Below are positions 59,242 to 64,000 of a DNA stretch of 64,000 nt, one piece after another. Under the pieces are notes generated by a model, which saw only the letters and a list, made by a program, of their open reading frames with translations, was not told where the DNA came from and made no database searches. The stretch lies in the IMG/VR virus record IMGVR_UViG_3300032007_000017. One strand, 5' to 3'. The stretch is from a virus (taxonomy: Duplodnaviria > Caudoviricetes). Position 1 is the first letter of the stretch. Each line of letters starts with the position of its first letter. Made by a program: the position numbers and the translations under genes.

Positions 59242-59331
59242 GTCAAACCTCCTTAATAAGCATTTTACTAAAGTGTTCAAGGTAGTCAAAGAAACAAGAG
59301 AGTCCGAAGACTCTCTTGTTAAATGGTTTGA

Positions 59332-60483
59332 TTAGATCAGACCGAGGTTGCCGAGGAAGCCATAGGACTCATTCTTCGGCTCTTCCTTCTTCGGCGTATA
59401 CTTCTCACCATTGGCAACGCGGATATAGCGAAGAGCATAAGCGCGAGCCTGGGAAGCACGAGCGCGGATAGCACTCAGAACGCCAGAACGACGGGTCTGA
59501 GCAAGAGACAGCGTGGTGCTGGTCAGCTTGTTGTAACGGGTGCAAGCAGCCATCAGGGCATTACGAGCAACACCGTTCTCAACCTTAGAAGCAGCCTTCT
59601 CGAGCTTGTCGAAGTTACGGATCTGCTCCTGGAACTTCTTCTTGGACTCCTTCATGAACTTGCCAGCAGCTTCTCTGTCGGTCTTGATATCCTTAAGAGT
59701 GGAGAGAACCTCATCGGCAGACATCCACATCTCAGTAGCCTTATCACCACCAAACAGGTTCTTCTTCAGAGTAGAAGAGAATTCGGAAGCACCGCACTCA
59801 CTACCAGCAAGAACCTTGCGGATCTCAGAGAGAGTGCTCTCGAGCTGCTCAGCGCTCATCAGGCTCTCGTCATTGCTACCAGCATCGATAGCAGCACGGA
59901 TCTTCTCAGCAGCAGAGCTAAGAGATTCAGCATCGACATTCATGTCGGGATTGGGAAGCTTGCCATTAAGACCAGCGAAGGAATAACCCTTCATCTTCTT
60001 GGCATCTCTGTCAGAAGTGACCTTAGCATAGCCATCCTTGATCTGCTTCTCATGCTTCTCAACAAGCTTCTTGTTGGTAGCAAACATAGCAGCCAGATTG
60101 CCAGCCCACTTCTGCAGAATGTTCCAAACCTTCTTGAAGAAGGCAACAACCTTCTGCTTAGCAGAAGCAAAGAATCCCTTAATGTCAGCAGCCTCGAAGA
60201 AGAACTCGCGGCCATTGACAGCCTCACTCAGCTCATGCATACCAATGGTCTGCATAATCTGATTATTGGCACACTCGAATTCATAGATGGCCATAGCGGA
60301 CTCATCCATGATATCATCAACACCGCCATCGGGACCGAAAGCGGCATCCTGAGCATCCTGCTGCTCAGCTTCATTTGCATCATGATCGTCAACAATGTCC
60401 TCAATTTCCTTGATGTCGACATTGGTATCATCCTCAGTGATGTGAGGAACCTCTTCCTCAAGCAGAGTACGATAAATACCCAT
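59332..60483 (-). CDS. abundant inner-head protein
   Basis: Acidic propeptide, FFEA followed by IKGFFASAKQKVVAFFKKVWNIL; strong codon bias. Confidence 0.7.
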   Translation of the reverse strand: MGIYRTLLEEEVPHITEDDTNVDIKEIEDIVDDHDANEAEQQDAQDAAFGPDGGVDDIMDESAMAIYEFECANNQIMQTIGMHELSEAVNGREFFFEAADIKGFFASAKQKVVAFFKKVWNILQKWAGNLAAMFATNKKLVEKHEKQIKDGYAKVTSDRDAKKMKGYSFAGLNGKLPNPDMNVDAESLSSAAEKIRAAIDAGSNDESLMSAEQLESTLSEIRKVLAGSECGASEFSSTLKKNLFGGDKATEMWMSADEVLSTLKDIKTDREAAGKFMKESKKKFQEQIRNFDKLEKAASKVENGVARNALMAACTRYNKLTSTTLSLAQTRRSGVLSAIRARASQARAYALRYIRVANGEKYTPKKEEPKNESYGFLGNLGLI

Positions 60484-60517
60484 TACTGGATTACCTCCTT
60501 ATTAGATTTCAGGCAAA

Positions 60518-61621
60518 TTAGCACTCAGAATCGGTGTCAATATTGATCTCAATCTCAACACCATCATCCTTGGCCTCTTCAACAGCGTCAGCGACCTCAG
60601 TAGCATCGACGGGAGCTTCGATAGCATCGTTGACCTCGTCAACACCCTCAAGCCAAGCACAAGCCTCAAGCAGAGCGCTCTCAGACTTGGGACTATACGC
60701 AACCAGAGCACCAATCAGAGCACGATCCTGAGCAACAGCATCCTTGATGGCCTTGATCTGAAGCTTGGTCACGCGAGTAAGAGCAGTCTCATAGGCAGCA
60801 CAGGTCTTGGAAGTAGCCTGATAGCCCTTACCGGAACCCTCAGTCTGCTTCTCAGCTTCTTTGGCCTTCTTATTGATCTCAGCAATGGCCGTCTTGATAC
60901 CCTTATCGGCCTCGTTAGAAGCCTTCTTGATATCACTGATGGCCTTGGACTTAGAGGTAATATTATTGAAGAGCTCCTCAACCGAAATGTGAAGATCGCC
61001 AAAGATAACATCCTTCTTCTCTTCAAAGACATACTCTTTGAACTTCTCAGCAAGATTCTCAGAGTTAGCACCGGGGATCTTGCTATACATTTTGTTCTGG
61101 ATGGCAGTAGCATCCTCAGCAGCAACGCCTCCCTTGTAGGCCTCGACCATATTAGAGAAATCATTGGAGATCTCTTTATTGAGACTCATAGCCTTATCAA
61201 ACTCAGCCTTGCGCTTCAGGTACTTGGGGATCTTGACCTCACTCAGACCAGTCTTGGTAGCAAGAGTCTTACGATGCATAGCAACGAAAGCCTTACCATT
61301 GCGGACCAGCCAGACAGTCAGCTTGGCATAGACCTGCTTGAAGACACCCTTGATCTTCTCCCACAGCTTCTGAAGGCGAGCCTTCAGACCATTCCAGAAC
61401 TCCTTAATAGAAGCTTCACGGAAAGACTGAAGCTCGGAAGCGACCATGGTGCCCTCAGTGATAGCGGCCTGCTCCTGGAAGTCTGAACGCAGAACGGCGT
61501 TGAAAAGGATCATGTCGTTCTGAGCAGACTCGGCGAGGATGCGGCCCATATCCTGGTAACTATAGTTCTCGTTAGCAACAACAGTCATGTTGCTAGCACT
61601 ATTCCGAGAATAAATAGGCAT
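60518..61621 (-). CDS. abundant inner-head protein (paralogue)
   Basis: FREA followed by IKEFWNGLKARLQKLWEKIKGVF; promoter 61684-61695. Confidence 0.7.
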   Translation of the reverse strand: MPIYSRNSASNMTVVANENYSYQDMGRILAESAQNDMILFNAVLRSDFQEQAAITEGTMVASELQSFREASIKEFWNGLKARLQKLWEKIKGVFKQVYAKLTVWLVRNGKAFVAMHRKTLATKTGLSEVKIPKYLKRKAEFDKAMSLNKEISNDFSNMVEAYKGGVAAEDATAIQNKMYSKIPGANSENLAEKFKEYVFEEKKDVIFGDLHISVEELFNNITSKSKAISDIKKASNEADKGIKTAIAEINKKAKEAEKQTEGSGKGYQATSKTCAAYETALTRVTKLQIKAIKDAVAQDRALIGALVAYSPKSESALLEACAWLEGVDEVNDAIEAPVDATEVADAVEEAKDDGVEIEINIDTDSEC

Positions 61622-61702
61622 AATTGTAATCCTCCTTTAGATTTATGCAAATCTCAGAATTATTTCTGTAATCCTACAGATTTTATTATTATGTTTGCGG
61701 GA

Positions 61703-62911
61703 TTAAAAGAGGCTAGAAGATTGAGAAATACCATCATCAATGATATTCTTATCATCGTCCAACCTATATTTCCGCTCACTCTGTTGTACTTCTCTAGAAG
61801 CATTAACTTCAGCTTGTTTAGAGTCGATAGCAAGCTTATTAGAGTAGTCTCTGAAACGTTCGACAATAGCTAACTGCTTGTCGACGATCTTCTTTCTCTC
61901 TTCTTTATCCATAGCAGCATTAGCCTGAACGTTATAAGCATTCATCTGAAGAAGATCAGCCTGAATGGCAAAGAAGTCAGATATGCTTACTCTAGCATGA
62001 TAGAAGAGATAAACCAATTCACGAAGAATCGGAACGATATTGAGAATGACAACAACTGCAACAATTCCGCCAACAGTCGCAACTCCAGAGAATTTACGAA
62101 CTCTTTGAGAAATTACATGGTTGCAAGCTTCATCAATCTCACCCTTCTCGCAAGCTCTATTGAACTTATCGAGAGTGGTATACAGGAGATAGCTACGAGT
62201 ACGCTGATATCCAACTTTATCAAGCTGAATCTTAAACGTCTCATCGGAAGGAGCTTTAACCAACTCAATGCAAGCACTGATCAGATAAGAAGTTCCTTCT
62301 ACAATAGCTAAAGCAGTATTCTCATAGATCATACAAGGAAGCTGGCAATCAGCTCTGTATGCTCTTTCGAATAGATCTTTGCGAGTCTCGAGATTGGTCA
62401 TAGCCAAAGCAATAGTATCGACAGGGCCGCCTTTCTCGTTATACTCTTTAAGAATACCCTGAAGGATACCAAGAATATCTTTAATATCCTCATAGTGCTC
62501 CATTTTGGTAATATCACCTTTAGTCTGAGGGATCTTACCATAATCAATACGGGTAGTCTTCTTGACAATGTGGTCATAAAGCTTACTAGTCAGATTAGTC
62601 AGAACGCTATTCTGATTAGCTTCATTCAGGCCAAGAATCATTTTACGAGTGGTATTATCCTTGAGATTGAAATGAGTATTGAATGCTTCTCTGACAACAG
62701 GATAAGCAGTATACTCACGAGTATCAACCTCAGGAGGACGAGTAGTATCAACTCTATCCCTAAAGAGTGTAGGATCACTCGTAGGATCAGGAATATCACT
62801 ACCGTCTTTACCTAAAGAAAAAAGTTTCTTTTCGGGGAGGGAAGCAGCCTGTTGATCAGCTACTTCCGCATGGACATACTGTCCTTTGTAGTTTTTCTTC
62901 ATAATAGGCAT
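61703..62911 (-). CDS. probable virion protein with a hydrophobic segment
   Basis: 402 aa; VATVGGIVAVVVILNIVPIL. Confidence 0.65.
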   Translation of the reverse strand: MPIMKKNYKGQYVHAEVADQQAASLPEKKLFSLGKDGSDIPDPTSDPTLFRDRVDTTRPPEVDTREYTAYPVVREAFNTHFNLKDNTTRKMILGLNEANQNSVLTNLTSKLYDHIVKKTTRIDYGKIPQTKGDITKMEHYEDIKDILGILQGILKEYNEKGGPVDTIALAMTNLETRKDLFERAYRADCQLPCMIYENTALAIVEGTSYLISACIELVKAPSDETFKIQLDKVGYQRTRSYLLYTTLDKFNRACEKGEIDEACNHVISQRVRKFSGVATVGGIVAVVVILNIVPILRELVYLFYHARVSISDFFAIQADLLQMNAYNVQANAAMDKEERKKIVDKQLAIVERFRDYSNKLAIDSKQAEVNASREVQQSERKYRLDDDKNIIDDGISQSSSLF

Positions 62912-62923
62912 ACTTACACCTCC

Positions 62924-64000
62924 TTATCGAGCAACTTTAGTCATCAGATTGACGACCTTCTTGTAAGTATTGTCTTTGTCTTCACGTTCAAGAGAAGTAA
63001 AGGCATAGTTCTCCCAGTTACCTTCTCCAGTATCAAACATAAACTTCGCAACCTCAAGAGATTCATCAACAATGACTACACTCATAAGGTTCAGTTTACT
63101 AAAGAGAGACTGGATAATACTGGGATTTTCGAAGTCGATATTGTTATTCCGCTTAACGTAATCGACATCTTCCTGAGAGACAGCAACCGTAGTGATTGCC
63201 ATATAATTATTCGGCATATTAAGCAAACGCTTAATCTTCGAGCCCATTGCTCTACGTTCAAGAACCTTCCACATAGGGTTGGAAGATCCTCTACGAGATA
63301 CACTAAGAGCATCAATCTTAGCTCTATCAATCATCAGAAGGAAATCCTTAACAAAGGAAATCTCTCTGGTGGTTGCACGAAGGAACTGAGTGATCCAATT
63401 AGTATCATCATATTTAGCAATGAAATGATTCTGGATATCTCCAGCATCACAAGGAATCAAACGAGCTTTAACTCCAACAACGGAATTCTCGATAGGAATA
63501 GAGCGACCGGCATCATCAATATAGTAGTAAGTAACAGTGATCGTAGTAGGCATAACTTCATTAGCCTTCTTATAATCACCATTATTCACATTTTGATTTC
63601 TGGAAGGATTATTTCTTCCATTTCTTCTAGCTCTATCAGTATCACCAAAAGATTCAACCATAAGGTTACGGTTGTACGGATCTCTGTTGACGCTAAAAGA
63701 ACTAATAGGAGCAGGAGTAACATTCTCTTCAAAATAGAAGTTAATGTTCTTCATGTCCTCACGGATGGTTTGCAGCGCAGAATAATCAAGCTTAGCATTG
63801 TATGATTCGCTGATAGAATCCATAATACGGAGCATATCATCAACATTCATTTTATCATTAAGCTTGATATTCTTATGGAATTGATTCAAAATTCCTTCCA
63901 TGTCAGAAATATTTTGAGTCTGAATAGACCCAAAAAGAAGCTGAAGCATGGTAGCTGCTTTTCTTTCAATTGCTTTAGCAATCATGGATGCAGCATTAAT
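62924..64000 (-). CDS. probable virion protein, 5'-truncated by the window edge
   Basis: Frame is open to the window end. Confidence 0.65.
   Translation of the reverse strand: MNAASMIAKAIERKAATMLQLLFGSIQTQNISDMEGILNQFHKNIKLNDKMNVDDMLRIMDSISESYNAKLDYSALQTIREDMKNINFYFEENVTPAPISSFSVNRDPYNRNLMVESFGDTDRARRNGRNNPSRNQNVNNGDYKKANEVMPTTITVTYYYIDDAGRSIPIENSVVGVKARLIPCDAGDIQNHFIAKYDDTNWITQFLRATTREISFVKDFLLMIDRAKIDALSVSRRGSSNPMWKVLERRAMGSKIKRLLNMPNNYMAITTVAVSQEDVDYVKRNNNIDFENPSIIQSLFSKLNLMSVVIVDESLEVAKFMFDTGEGNWENYAFTSLEREDKDNTYKKVVNLMTKVAR

Noticed and set aside
1-64000. tRNA/rRNA genes and stop-codon reassignment
   Set aside because: No cloverleaf recognised by eye; genes are intact under the standard code, with TAA, TAG and TGA all used as stops.

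Overview
This is a 64-kb segment of an AT-rich jumbo myophage of the phiKZ/AR9 type, which encodes its own multisubunit RNA polymerase. Strong AGGAGG RBSs suggest a Bacillota host. Head genes: major capsid, T4-gp21-like prohead protease, probable scaffold and a set of Glu-cleaved inner-head proteins. Other genes: baseplate/tail assembly, GroEL-like chaperonin, ThyX, FolD, dCTP deaminase, RNase H, a 5'-3' nuclease-like protein, a DHH phosphoesterase and a kinase. The RNA polymerase beta-prime gene is split by two ORF-less group I introns; the second interrupts the catalytic NG-DYDGD motif and has a non-canonical 5' splice site. Two phage promoter classes can be read from the sequence: AAC(A/T)-N6-TA (AR9 late type) and A(C/T)ATATTAT(T) (probably early). 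The best candidate for a new system is six orphan promoter-to-terminator units with no ORF on the transcribed strand. Five of them carry the reverse complement of a Shine-Dalgarno (four also of a spaced start codon), suggesting a dispersed family of phage anti-RBS small RNAs, two with plausible targets in this window. Also notable: virion polyproteins with swappable enzyme domains bracketed by protease-type Glu sites, a hairpin-delimited accessory gene cassette array, and a probable -1 frameshift in a tail/baseplate chaperone. All protein assignments come from motif recognition by eye; no searches were run.
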